Shown here: piece by piece, positions 27,394 to 39,844 of the stretch
Numbering within the stretch: position 1 is the stretch's first letter
Layout: each line of letters begins with the position of its first letter
Assembly (NCBI RefSeq): GCF_025612915.1
Contig: NC_069115.1
Location: forward strand, 25,599,757 to 25,663,756
DNA: 64,000 nucleotides
Direction: 5' to 3'
Source: Crassostrea angulata
Taxonomy: Eukaryota
Notes under the pieces: generated by a model
What the model was told of the DNA's origin: nothing
Seen by the model: only the letters and a program-made list of their open reading frames with translations
Database searches by the model: none
Position numbers and translations under genes: made by a program

Positions 27394-29822
27394 ATTATTA
27401 TTAATGCTTTGTAACCAGGGAACTATTGCCTTTGTTTTGTAATATTTACGTATCAAATTAAACAGAGACCTCGGTAATTCAGACAGTTGACTGTTTACCT
27501 GCGCACATTTAGCAAAATCGGATGTATAACAAAGTACTAAAATACAGTTCATTCTATCGATAATTCGGTATGATCTTTTGCGTAATGGTTGATTAATACA
27601 ATGTGTTTTTTAGATGCTCGGCATTTTCTTGAGTTTATACAGTTTAAATAGAGTTTAATATCGCTGACGGTAATATGTAGTATAGATATATGATCCATTT
27701 TGAAAAATAAATTGTGCTCTTTATTTGTTATAGTGCATGTTTCTTATGTTTAATTGTTTACAATTTCTATTTACTAACCATATTTGACTGTCAAGCTTCG
27801 AATTATAAGCAAGTTACAGAGCTTTGCTCACAATTGTAGTTTGTACACAGATCTGAGGCAATCTTTTGTTTCCATTTTTAATGCTGAATAGGAAATACCC
27901 AAGTTAAAAATCTTCAGCTGAATGTAATAAACTCATGTGAACAAAATATGACTCAAACCTAGCAGAATCGTGAGCTCTGTATCTTGCTAATAATTCTACG
28001 ATTTACGCCGAAATTGTTGATCATTAGAAATGTCTAGCTAGACGTTGAATACTTGTACAAAAATTTAAAAGATGATATGCTGTAACTACTCCCTGGGGGC
28101 TCCACTTTATACAATGAATAATATGAAATCTACATCAATTTTGATAGTTTTTTAGACACGAGTAAATAAAAACGTCACCGTTAAAACAGTTTCCATCGTT
28201 CTTGTACATTTCTGTTGCGGGGATAAAGGAATAATCGCTATTCCTAAGAAAATATTCAACGGAAAATTATCCTGGTTTGTAGCCATTTGTTATTTTTGAA
28301 TAAAGATGAAAATAATGGTTGGGCCTTAATAAGATAGAGTGATATGCCTGCCAATACAGTGATTTTTATAGCTCTTTAGAACGAAATATAGGGATTTGGA
28401 AGTTAACAGTGTACCCCTACCAAATGTTTAGTTTTATATCTTCCGTAGGTTTTTCTTATTCTCGGTAAAAATAGTATTCCATAAAGGTACAATGTCAAAA
28501 ATTATGTGTTGGCAAAAAATTTCGATACTTAACAATATTTAATTTTTGTTATTCTATCGAGGGTCAAATAACACAATATCTTTTTAACGCCCATTTAAAG
28601 TCATTGTTGCTCAGGTAAGCGATGTGGCCCCATGGACCTCTTGTTTATAAAATGAAATGTTGACACGTCCGACAATAGTCTTTGAACCTTGGGCTAGTAA
28701 CTTTGTTAAATTTGTAATTGCACACCCCAGGCGTTTGTTTTTTTTTATATTTAAAGCTGACATGAATTAATAAATATGTCACGGTGTGAAATTCAGTCTT
28801 TCGGACTGTTTTTAATTATTGTGTAAATTTTAACTTTTTTTCGGACTTTGTGTTAATTGTTACAAAAACTTTCCCTCTATTTCAGCAACTGTTTTAAAAA
28901 CGTTTCAAATTCCACGTAGCCTTAATCCCACCTGAGGCAGAATCGGTGATGGACAGCTAATCTTTTAATTGACTTCTATTTATGTTTATTGACACTTCTT
29001 TCATCTTATTAATCCTTTTATATAATTATGTATATGCTGCTAAAATGTCATGAATTACTCAATAGCTGTTCTTTAATTGATTTTCTTACTTCTGTACATA
29101 TTATGTTAATCCTTCATTGTGTTATTCCATTTGTCATTATATATAATTCTGAATTGTAAAATATGGTCAGTTGGAATCAACCTTCGGTACTGATGCATAC
29201 CAAACTCACGTAAATGTATATTTCATGTAAAGTCTATATAAAAGTCTGAAAACTAAAATGCGTGTTGGCTTGTTGGAGGTTTCGTGAGGCTGGGTCCAAC
29301 AACAAGAGAATAAACACAAGGTTGACCCAGTACTACATGTAGTCCTGTACGGGAGAGAGAATCCCGTAATAAATGCAAATAATGTCCCTTTTATCTCCGT
29401 ATACCGCCATATTAGTTGTCGATTTCTTTTGTCCTGCTCATCGCTACACACCCCCTATATAAGGCAGAGAGCGTTATCATGCTTTAACTCATTCAGAAAT
29501 TTCATACATCCGAACACGTTACCTTGGACGATAAGACGTGTAGACACGAGTTTTTTACAAAAATAACATGACAACCACTGCACTGGCAAGATATATCCAA
29601 TAAACGACGAAACAAAACAGACTGAAATCCAGGTGCAAATACTTCAAAAATACCATGATATTCATTATGTTCCAATTCGAACAATCTCAAACGAACATAA
29701 AATATTTACTACCTTATTCAATCATAACAACACAAAGACTAGCGCATTTCGAATGTAACAAATTAAAGAAAGGGGAAAAAGAAAAATTATGAACTATATT
29801 TGTTTTTACTTTATATAGATAA

Positions 29823-30341
29823 TCAAATATTCAAAGACTTGGACACAGACATTAATGACTTCACAATTTCATGCACATAACCATCTTTAGCATTGTCGGA
29901 ACGCCACCTGCCATGCTTCCTGAACAGTCTGTCACTCACACCAGAATTGGCAGCCGCGGTAGCGCCCCCAGACCTAAGACTATGAAGCCCGAATTTGGAC
30001 TTATCTACACCAACATTTTCTAATGCTTCAAGCAATAATACTCTAGCTCTACTAAACAACAATGGTCCAGAATCTCTTAATTTATATTCAACAGATTTCT
30101 TACAATAAGTAACTGCCCTGAAAATAAAACAATCAGAATCTGAAGAAATATCAGCAATTTTCAAATATAATTTTAACATATACGGACATGCTACTTTATC
30201 TGTCCTAGAAACAAAAACATTACTTCCAGTCTTGTATTTGTCCGTTTTGCTCTTAGAAATGAACAAAAAAAGATGATCCTCATAAAATACGATGTCAGAG
30301 TGTTTTAAGTTGACCAGTCCGAAAAACGCAAAAAGCTGCAT
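29823..30341 (-). pseudogene. Tyrosine recombinase catalytic-domain fragment (Crypton/DIRS-like); N-terminal half missing
   Basis: The 172-aa ORF contains ...GLHSLRSGGATAAANSGVSDRLFRKHGRWRSDNAKDGYVHE. This matches the box II HxLR motif, the downstream conserved region and the catalytic Y. A stop lies immediately upstream in frame, and no N-terminal core-binding domain is found. Confidence 0.6.
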
Positions 30342-30654
30342 AACTTAATAAACACATACATGAAATTCGAATGTCCGGTAAAATGCTACTTCCCGTCCCG
30401 TTACGTTTCACAATTTGCTGTAGAATATCGGAAGTTATTGGCTCTTTCTTGGTCACGGATTTTGCACTGTTTCAAAGAAGATGGGGGAATAAGATGGCGC
30501 AAATGCCCATTCGGTTTAGTAGTGAAATACAATTTTAAATTTATTTTTCCCCAATTAAACTCATTCAAATATATTATAATACAACTTTGCAAAAGTAAAA
30601 TTTCTAACTATATAGTCAGTTTTTAATATATTTAACAAAAATAAGAAAAAAAAT

Positions 30655-30745
30655 ATTGTCGGATATTCTGGTGGTATCGAACCCATAACATAAAAACCCT
30701 AGATATATAAGGTTAGCTTGTGCCAGGTACTCTAACCACTGAGCC
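30655..30745 (-). tRNA. tRNA-like sequence (A box GCTCAGTGGTTAGAG, B box GGTTCGATACC); probable pseudo-tRNA or SINE head
   Basis: Reverse complement: TGGCTCAGTGGTTAGAGTACCTGGCACAAGCTAACC.....ATGGGTTCGATACCACC. The anticodon arm is atypical and the stems are weak. Confidence 0.3.
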
Positions 30746-31189
30746 ATTTCAGACACAACAAAGTGGGCTTTTTAAATATTATGTGTGACTAAGGTCACGA
30801 ACTACCGGACTTGTATTATTTTTTCAAAACGTTCAGTTGTTGGGATACAAAATGATATTTTTAATGTATAGTGGGTCATCTCTCCACGTTTTTGTTGATT
30901 GAAATCGGTTTGTTTTCCAATAGACCTTATTTAGACTATGAGAAAAATATGGAGCACAGACCCACTCTATAAAAGAAAATGCCTTGAAGTTCTAAAAAAA
31001 ATGGCAATATTTGCAGGTTTTGATACGTATACGCCTGTTTGAGTCAACATATTCCAAGTATTGAACATACCTACAGGTTAAAATCAATGATTCGTTAAAT
31101 ATATATTGTTTTTAATGATTTCTAAAGAAGCCATCAGATTTATTGATACTTTAATTTTTCAATGGCCTGTCCGACCGTGTATGGGTATT

Positions 31190-31520
31190 TTACACGCCTT
31201 ATCCACCCATCTTCTTTGGGTAATTTACGAAAATAATATTAAGAATGGAGGTTTAAAATTTCGGGCTCGGTACTTCGTATATCGAAAACCAGGTTTTTTG
31301 TTTGATGAAGCCATGCTTGACACATGATAAATGGGTCAAACTGACAAAGATGAATTTGCTTGTTGTGCAACAGTTTACGTGCGAAGGGAATATTTGAAAC
31401 ATGCAAAATAACATATGCCAATTTTGTAAAGTAAATTGTGGTTAAATATTTCAATGCGTTGACAGTTCCACTGGTAACGGTGGTTTTATGTTGTTTTGAT
31501 TTTCGTTTCATTTTCGTTAA
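31190..31520 (+). mobile_element. R1 internal fragment
   Basis: Collinear with 2110-2390, 10640-10880 and 25990-26288. The ORF 31239-31511 is an artefact of this repeat. Confidence 0.5.
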
Positions 31521-33539
31521 TTATGCCTTTTAATGTGAGGGTAAATATCGCCTGTGTTTGGGATTATTTTATCAAATCAAAAACCAGACAGTGATTGTTT
31601 ACCTGAGCAAAATGAGCAAAATTGATGCACTATAAAATAATATTCATTCCATTGGTAATTCAGTACGATCTCTACGTTATGCCAATACAAAATTCCTGTT
31701 TCCTGCCCCCTGACCAAAAATATTAGGGTAAGTAGGTAGAAAAAATATTACTTTTAAAAAATATTTTATTTTTAAAAACTTGGAACATATGTGTGATAAT
31801 AAGAGGAAGAAGTATACTAGTATTCACAGTGTACGATACGTTAATGAAGATTTATTATTTCCAAAGGTCTTTGTGTCATTGATACGTGTAATTGTATAGT
31901 CAAAAACAGGCAAAGAAAAAAATAGATTTTTTTAAAATTAAGAATAAAACTTATCTTATTTGCAAAATTTAATCTACATGTGTATTAATATATTTATACC
32001 TTTAATGGATAAATATTTCTTCACTGTGTTAGGTACATGACAATATTTATTAAATCAGTCTCTGTACGTCTGGGTATTTGGGGTATTAGCCCAACCCTTT
32101 GACCCACATACCTGTACTACCGTACATTATGTAGGTGTTCTGTTTAATTCTCAAAATAATGTAGAAAACAGTTTTATAATAATTTTAACATTTGTTGCAG
32201 AGTGATTAACTAATAACAGGTTATTAACTAACTGTAATATCCGGATTAAAAGTAATAAACATCTTAAAATTACATCGCACAGTATGTCATTGCATCATCA
32301 GTATTTATAACTTCTAGAGATAATTTAAGGTAGTCGCAAGTTACTAACCCGTGGTTCATTTATGCAGTAAAGATGTCTGTAGATTAGTTTACCGTCATAT
32401 ACTGAGTGAAGCAAAGTAATATTATTCATTTTAATTTTATCTGGTTTATTTCTTTCTTTAACGTATGGACTTTGTTTACTAATTGATATTAACTCCTCAT
32501 CTCTGACCTAAATTGTATTAAATATGAAACGTGATTGAGGAGTTATTTTAAAGGGACATGGTCACGATTTTGGTCAAAAATTAATTTTTCGATTTTGATG
32601 TTTACAATGCTTCAGTAAGTCATTTTTAATAGGCAACCAAAATTTGAGTGTCATTTGATGAGTAATAATTAAGCGAGTTAAAGAGCTTACAATTCTTCGC
32701 TATGTAAACAAAGCGTTTGTTTACATTTCGAATGTTGAAGTGAAAATTCCAGTTTAAAACCTAAAATAAAAATGTTAATCGTTAGGAACCGTTTATTTAT
32801 GCTTTAAATGAATAATAAGATAGACGAACCAGCTTTAAAAAGATTTTTACTGGTTTATTGAGCCTATGTAAACAAAAACAGGGCACGAGTCTTGTTTACA
32901 AGACGAAGAATTGTGAGCCCTGTATCTTGCTTAAAACTCAACGACTGGCACCCAAATTTCATTTAAATATTAGAAATGCATTCTGAAAGCATTGAGAATA
33001 ATAAAAACAGGAAAATAAAATTTGACCAAAATCATGATCATGCACCTTTAAAGAGAGGAGTTGATTTTATTATTAGGAGTAAATTATGCACTTGATTGTA
33101 TAAAGGGAAATTGACTTAAAAGTTCAGTGCGATTGGTATTATCTTGCAGAGTAGTAGGATAGCAATTCAAAGTCGAATTGCACAAGTTTTGAATGAATTG
33201 GATGTAAGTAATTGCTGTGTTTATAAATGTATTCCTTGGATTACTACCTTTATTAAAATTGTGAGCTCAATGCAGGCTTATTCTTTGAAAAGCGAAAGAA
33301 ATAATGATTTGAAAATGAAATGACATGCTCGGAAAAACGTTGAGAAAATAGAAAGTTAAAACGCTACATGAGGTTAATTTACACGATTGTGAACTCAGAA
33401 GACTGAGCACCTTTACTTCTTTTTCTGAGGAAATTCTGGCGAAGTTACCGATCAACATCATGATCACAAAAAAACTTTTAGGATCGGATGGTAAAAGATA
33501 GGGTCGGTCGGGCGACAGGAAACAGGAATAATTTTGAGC

Positions 33540-33770
33540 CTAATCATTATGGTTGATTAATGCAACGTGTTTTGTTAAGATGCTCAACATTTTCAGTCTA
33601 TAAACAGAGATTATTATCGCTGCTAGAAATATTAAGGTATATTTATTGTGAAAAATAAATTATGCTCTTTCTTTGTTTTAGTGCATTTTTCCTGTGTTTA
33701 TTGTTTACAATTTTCTATTTACTAACAGTATCTGAGAGTCAAGTTTCGAGGTATAGGCTATGAAAGGCAT
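33540..33770 (+). mobile_element. R1 3'-region fragment
   Basis: Matches 2950-3170, 11715-11830 and 27570-27800. Confidence 0.45.
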
Positions 33771-35452
33771 TTTAACTGTGGTGAAACCTGTCCCTAGACC
33801 CAGATTATTCAAACTAAGCCGAGTACAGTGAAACTAGAGACGACCTCGTTGCAAGCAACGATTAGGTCTTCCGTCGTAGCTGCATCTTACTTGTGACGTA
33901 ATACAAAAATTGATACTTACATGGTACAATATTAGATGTATCGATATAAACACTGAGTAAAAGAAATAAAATACTATACTACATGTATATATTAAGCAAA
34001 TAAAGATCTTTTAAAGATGTCTAAAGTTTGATTCGCCGCATGTTGTTTTTGTACGTGCATTTTATTTTGAGAAACTTATTTAATCATCATAATTGACTCA
34101 ATATAGACAGAATATGGACGACGATTCACGCAGTGGGTATGCCCGGTATGAAGGTAAAAAGACCAAACATTTTACTCGCATTTTTTATCGAACGCAAGCG
34201 CCAATATATGCGGAGATCCTGGAAATTTTACGGGGGGTATTTGAAGAATAATTTTGGAGGGGGGGCATGCGCGGATCAGAAAAATTTTCCGGGATGGGGG
34301 TTGAGTGTCTGACGGTTATTTGAGTTTGCTACGGGATGTATGAGGCATATTTTAGTAATTTTATAATGTAAATGTAATTGAAAGAAATTTTGCGGGGTTG
34401 GGGTGGGGTCTGGAACCCTTCTCTTCTCCATGTAGATCCGCACATGGGGAAGACCGATGCCGGTATTTTACCCATTTTTTATTTAATTAATCATTTTCAA
34501 AATTATCCGAATTCCAATATTACCTTTAAATGCAGTTAAAACTTGAAATACAAACCATTTAGTTTCGGTGAGTATTTGGCCGGCATGCGTCCGCGTACGA
34601 AAGAAATGGCAATATTCAAGAAATTTTGATGGACGATCTGGGTCTTAGGTCATCCATCCAATTCTTTTTCAGACTAAGAGCTACAGACCTGCAGTTAGAG
34701 ATTGTCAAACTCTTATTGATTAAGTCAATTTATTTTGTCTCAAGGAATCGGTTGTTTTTTTTTAATCAAAAAAGTTTTACTAAGAAATCGGGCACAATTT
34801 TCAATGTTAGCATTTTACAATTTAAAGGTCTAATAAAATTTTGTATAATATGATTCAAGTTTTCATGTTTCAAGATATTACTCTTCATTGCTATATCCGA
34901 AACATTGCATTGATAAAAAATTTACATCGAATTTTTTAAATTACAAAAGGATACGCAAAATGAACTTAGATTAACCGCTAACAAACAAGCATAAAGAGAG
35001 ACTGAGAAATATTTTTTTTTTACATCAAAATAATTCAAGAAAAAAATTCCAAGAAAAAATAAAAAACATTTCTTTATATGGGTTAATGAAAACGTTGATC
35101 ACCAAGGGGTTGTATGTCGTGCAAGCACCTACTTAATAGATTGTTACACGGGTCTACAACGATGACAAATATCGAAAAGGCAATATTGTGGGTGAAGGAT
35201 GAATGTGCCGGATGTCTCATATGGACAGAACTAAGACCTACCAAAGCCCTTTGGAAAATTTTATAACTCTTCTTGTCTGCCCAGATTCCTGCCAATTCTA
35301 CATCTATTGGCTTACTTTATTTCCCTATATAGCCCACTTTCATTTCAAATACAGGCAACCATAACCCATTTGGCCGATTAGTCCAAACCTGAATAATCTT
35401 CATAATAATATCAATCTATAACAAACAAACAAAAATATCCAGTAGTGTATTT

Positions 35453-35458
35453 TTTATT
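35453..35458 (-). terminator. RPL24: AATAAA polyadenylation signal of RPL24
   Basis: AATAAA on the minus strand about 17-22 nt downstream of the stop. Confidence 0.5.
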
Positions 35459-35474
35459 TTTTCCTTTTCCAGAA

Positions 35475-35564
35475 TCAACGTTTTCCTCCCACTCTAGGCT
35501 TGGTTGCTGCTCCGCCTTTCATTGTTGGTTTAACCTTGGGTTGAGAAGTTCTGCTGGCCTGAGT
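35475..35564 (-). CDS. RPL24: 60S ribosomal protein L24 (eL24), last coding exon (TQASRTSQPKVKPTMKGGAATKPRVGGKR*)
   Basis: Acceptor TATTGTTCTAG|ACT in phase 0 and a TGA stop. The C-terminal ...PRVGGKR is characteristic of eukaryotic eL24. Confidence 0.75.
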   Translation of the reverse strand, partial: TQASRTSQPKVKPTMKGGAATKPRVGGKR

Positions 35565-35789
35565 CTAGAACAATAAAAATAATTTTTCAAGAAATATAGT
35601 ACAAAAGGAAGAAATCTATTTTTCTACGGAAGCTCGCTGACCACATAAAAATTATACCTTATCTGGCAAATGCAACTGCAGCTACATGATTTATCTGGCA
35701 GCCACCATATAATCTACATGGTAGCAGCCACCAAATAAAATTGAGGTAATAGATTTGTATGGACTGTGCTATTCTTTCTAAAAACAATT

Positions 35790-35960
35790 CTCTGGTTCAG
35801 CTAGAACCATCCAAATGAGACTTAACTCCCACAAGGCTAATTTGCCCTGTCTCAGTGTGACCACAGCAGGGTTTAAACTAGCGCTCTTTCGGTTCCTGAC
35901 CTGAGTAGCTTCACGCCTATGACCATTAAACAATGTGCTCCACTGAGCTATAGGTATATG
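35790..35960 (-). mobile_element. tRNA-derived SINE-like element inside an RPL24 intron
   Basis: Reverse complement: CCTATAGCTCAGTGGAGCAC (A box) ... GCTAGTTTAAACCCTGCTGTGG (B-box-like), followed by a unique tail. Confidence 0.4.
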
Positions 35961-36629
35961 CTCCTTAAGATTAAAGTAACTTAAATATAATGAAATAATC
36001 AAAGGCATGAAGGGCCTTAACAGTTACAGGTTTGATACGACGATATTTAAATGTATTGAGTATGATTCCCTCCATTTCTTACGGAAACTTTAGTTTATAT
36101 AGAGCTCTATAGAAAGTAACTAGTTAATTTATAGCTCTATAGAAACTAACAGGACCGATATCAACATGCCTCGTTTATTGATTGGTCGAACCTTAGTGGC
36201 CGAAACAGACAAAATTGAAATCTAGATGCATCTTTTATCAATTGGTTGAAACCACCATTGTTTTAAGGAAAATCAAGGACTGCATGAAATAATTCTTATG
36301 ATGTCAATGTCAAACTCTAATATTAGACAATTTGTTTCTTTCTTTTATCCAACGACTGAAGTACATTAACAGTAAATTCATTTAACGATAGAAGACACAA
36401 AAATGCTTTAAATCAACATGCTCTCAAATATAAGAATACCTTTTATTCCTACGCATTATGAACTGGTGCAAAAATGTCACGACGTTAGAGTTTTTAGCCC
36501 TTCTTTTTTACTTGACTTAAAATGTCGCTGTTGCCATTTCAGTGTTTTCCCCAGAAAATTGTTGATGCATGGGGGGAAGTTTGGCAGAGTTGGTGTGCAG
36601 TGCTATGTAACAGCACCACAGCCATAATA

Positions 36630-37150
36630 CACATCATCTATGCAAGTTTGGTGAAGTTCATCTTTCCAAGTCAAGGGTTTCTGATCCGCTTCGCTCTACA
36701 TAAACCCTTGACCGAAAAAGACAACACATATGCAGGTTAACGATTACGCCATCTAGTGAGAGTACTAATTTTTAAACTTTTGTGACCTCTTGTTCTGACC
36801 AATCAGAGAATGCTTTATAAACAGAAACAGTATAGCAATATGGCTGCTCCCATGAACAAAATCAAATTCGTAGAAAATATGGATTCACTCAGACTAAAAA
36901 CCGATATCAGTATGTCAAATACTTACTATTTGTCTCTAATTTATTTGACAACGGTTCAACATTGATCAATTCACAATTAACATCATTATTGAAACATCGT
37001 TTCTTCTTGGATCATGCAAACTTGTATGACACCAACCAACGTGGGAGGTTTCTAATCAAGTCAAACTCTGCCTATTCGGTCAAGGGTTTATGTACAGCAG
37101 AGCGGATCAGAAACCCTTTACTTTGGAAGATGGGTGAAGTTAGGACCAGT
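36630..37150. mobile_element. MITE-like element with ~80-bp terminal inverted repeats, each arm itself a hairpin
   Basis: 36668-36720 (CCAAGTCAAGGGTTTCTGATCCGCTTCGCTCTACATAAACCCTTGACCGAA) is the reverse complement of 37068-37130. Each arm contains TCAAGGGTTT....AAACCCTTGA. Confidence 0.5.
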
Positions 37151-38565
37151 AATAACTAAGATATAATCATCAGATGGCACCTGCTCTAAAACTCAGCTTA
37201 AAGAAGAGGCCCATCGCTCACCTGAACAACAATAGGTATGATAAAATCAGCTTAAGTTGGTTTGTCCAGTGTGAGACAGCAGTGTGAGATTTTACTGTCT
37301 TACACTGTATTACTACGCCGCTTTAAAACGTAAACAAACGTTTTCTGCTGTAGGGAAATGCAAAATGATTGATTGAGATTATTCATTAAGTAATTGTTTT
37401 GCTTAGTTAATTACAATTTATCCTATTTTTATCGATAAAACTGTTGTGTGCTCTCATTTTGACTTGTACTATTTGAAACACGCGGAGGGATAAACCGAAA
37501 GTAATCAAAGCGAACTTTTTTTTATTTTCCAAAAATATCCAAGCTTCATATATCAGCTATTTTTAGTCCGCCTAATATGAAAGTACAAAGATGGCAGAAA
37601 ACCTCGTAAAGTTGTCAAAACTGTTAGGAAGCTAAATCTGGAGTGTGGACAACTTTTGGATTACTTGTTTATGAAAAAGTAGTGTATATGAGACTAAAGT
37701 AATTTTAAAATTGTGCAACGCTCATATATCAAAATAACTTTGGATATGCGGTAATACATTGACAGATTGAATAAATTTTTAACCCTTATTCATGTTTCCA
37801 TTTAGTTGCAATGTATCGTGATATGTATCGTATCGCATCTCATGCATCATGATATGTACCAAATCGGCTAAGTTCAGTATCGTCCCAGCCCTAGCTCTGA
37901 TGGACAATTCTAGTTGCTTGTGGTATGTCAACCCATAGTAGTAGATATGCAGTTATTATTGATATGAAACAATCTTTGCGTGATAAATGTGCGATATCTG
38001 CCAAAGTATCCTCCAAATTTTGCACTAGTTCTATTGTAAGTAATACGGGAAAATTTGTCCAAAAGTTGACTGCTTGTTTCGATGTCAATCGGATGACTTT
38101 AATTTCTTGCCCGCTTCAACTTTTACCTATGGGCAATCTTCTAACCCTCCAATACTACAAAATGTTTGCTTTTTTTTTTTTACCTTTACTAGATTAAAAT
38201 CCCAAAAATATAAAGTTGTTGATTTGAACTGCACACGGTAGCGATTTACTGAAAGTCGTACATAAAATTACCGGAAATGTCTATTGTCAAGTCCGATAAA
38301 AAATTCATGTTTTAACTTTACCTTTTTACGATAATTCAAAAAATATTGATTCAATTGACTTGGAAATCAAAAGAGTTTGTCCTTTTACCATGCCAAAGAA
38401 GTGAACAAAGTCTGATGAATATTCAATGGAGGGTTTTCTTGGAATTTTGCTTAAGAGCTGACAATGGACATACACACACGCGCGCGCGCAGCAGCGATGC
38501 TATATCCCCCTCGCAACAAGTTGCCCGAGGGGATAATTCAGTGATATTTATGATATTATTCATAC

Positions 38566-38617
38566 CTTTTGTTGTTTCTTTAGAGCATCTTTAGCTTTCT
38601 GTTTCTCTTTTGCAGCT
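38566..38617 (-). CDS. RPL24: RPL24 penultimate coding exon, 52 nt, encoding (R)AAKEKQKAKDALKKQQK
   Basis: Acceptor TTTAATTTTTAG|A and donor AAG|GTATGA. The phase is compatible with the flanking exons (AG + A gives Arg). It matches the Lys/Ala-rich eL24 segment AAKEAKKAKQ. Confidence 0.7.
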
Positions 38618-39844
38618 CTAAAAATTAAAGAACAGAAACCAATAAGTGAATTTCACAAGTCTAAGTCAACATCAAATATTTCTACAAATGTTATCAGTGT
38701 TTTAAACTCTTCAAAAAACTAGCTAGACTCTCAGGGCTGACAGCTAGTATAATTTGTCAGCCCTGTTAAAATCAACCAGCCCAAAGAAAAAAGTTGACAT
38801 TTGTTTATTTCTTTTCATTAAAATATCTGTTTTAATTTCTTTCTGTCATAAACTCGTTAGGTTTTTTATTGTTCCCAGCGAGATTCTTTGAGACTAACAA
38901 AATTTGACTAAAGTTTCTTCCGGACTTCTGAGAGTATATTTGACCTTGACTGGAACTCTTAGGCATGAGGTGTGAATGCATATGGAAATGAATTTAAAAA
39001 AAACAACAAGTTCATATATTGTGGGATTAATACCATTAAACGTTAGGAAACTAACATTCAATGCCGATAGGGAAATCAAACGATGTTCAAAGTAAAAAGT
39101 TGAAACTAACATTCTACGATGATAGGGAAATCAAACGATGTTCAAAATAAAAAGTTGAAGCAGGCAGTTGATTTAATTCAGCGTATTTCTATCATAACAA
39201 CCGACAGAAGTTGGGATTCAGAGAAGACGCGTGTCAAAATTTTTCAGTCTCAAAGAATCTCGCCAAGTTTACCTATATTATTTCATAGCATGGGAACTCT
39301 ACCTTGCCATGCTCACGTGTCAAGCATAGTCTACATAAATTTAACACTTGTCTTGACTGGTGTTAAATGACCATACAAGGAAAGCAATAGTATGACAAGA
39401 ATCAGTTAAAATTTTTGAAACCCTGATCCCGATTTTATATACACTTGGCCCTAAAAAAATATACACGTCCAGTCAGGCATTCGTACAAACAAATTTTTTA
39501 GCCCCTGCCAAAAGTAATGTGCCTCAGGCTGTCCGGCAGTTGGTTTTTTCAAACACTGCTGTTATGTTGTTTTTGTGTTTTTGATTTCAAGTCAATAAGA
39601 AATAGATCTAAGTTACTAATATTGAAGTTTTTCAGTGTTTCAAGTGTTTGATATTAACGTACTATGATCAGGGACCAACTTAGGCAGCGACTTGGTTGAA
39701 ATACTTGCTTTATAATCATTTTTTTTATGCTGGAATTTCCTCCAAAAGAGAAGCTACCAACGAAATTTGACCCCCATGAACCAAGAAAATTTTGGCTACC
39801 TTTCAACATTGACCCCCACAAATAAAAATTATTCCACTGTACGC

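Larger units (their letters stand above)
25325..28650 (+). mobile_element. R1 family copy 3, the longest copy, interrupted by nested insertions at 25780-26050 and 26288-27393
   Basis: Head at 25325, tail ...GATTTTCGTTTCGTTTTT at 26288, resuming at 27394 (TAATGCTTTGTAACCAGGGAACTATTG is the equivalent of 10880-10905). It ends with the hairpin mini-element at 28600-28650. Confidence 0.6.

Noticed and set aside
29206-29690. Two ORFs (81 and 62 aa) just downstream of the tyrosine-recombinase fragment, considered as further parts of the same element
   Set aside because: No recognisable recombinase, reverse-transcriptase or other domain motifs. Their composition is not coding-like.
38618-38760. Intronic snoRNA upstream of the 52-nt RPL24 exon (perfect hairpin CAGGGCTGACA...TGTCAGCCCTG plus CTGA/TGATG-like motifs)
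   Set aside because: The motifs are in the wrong order and spacing for a C/D box snoRNA, and there is no terminal stem. The hairpin is more likely a small palindromic repeat.
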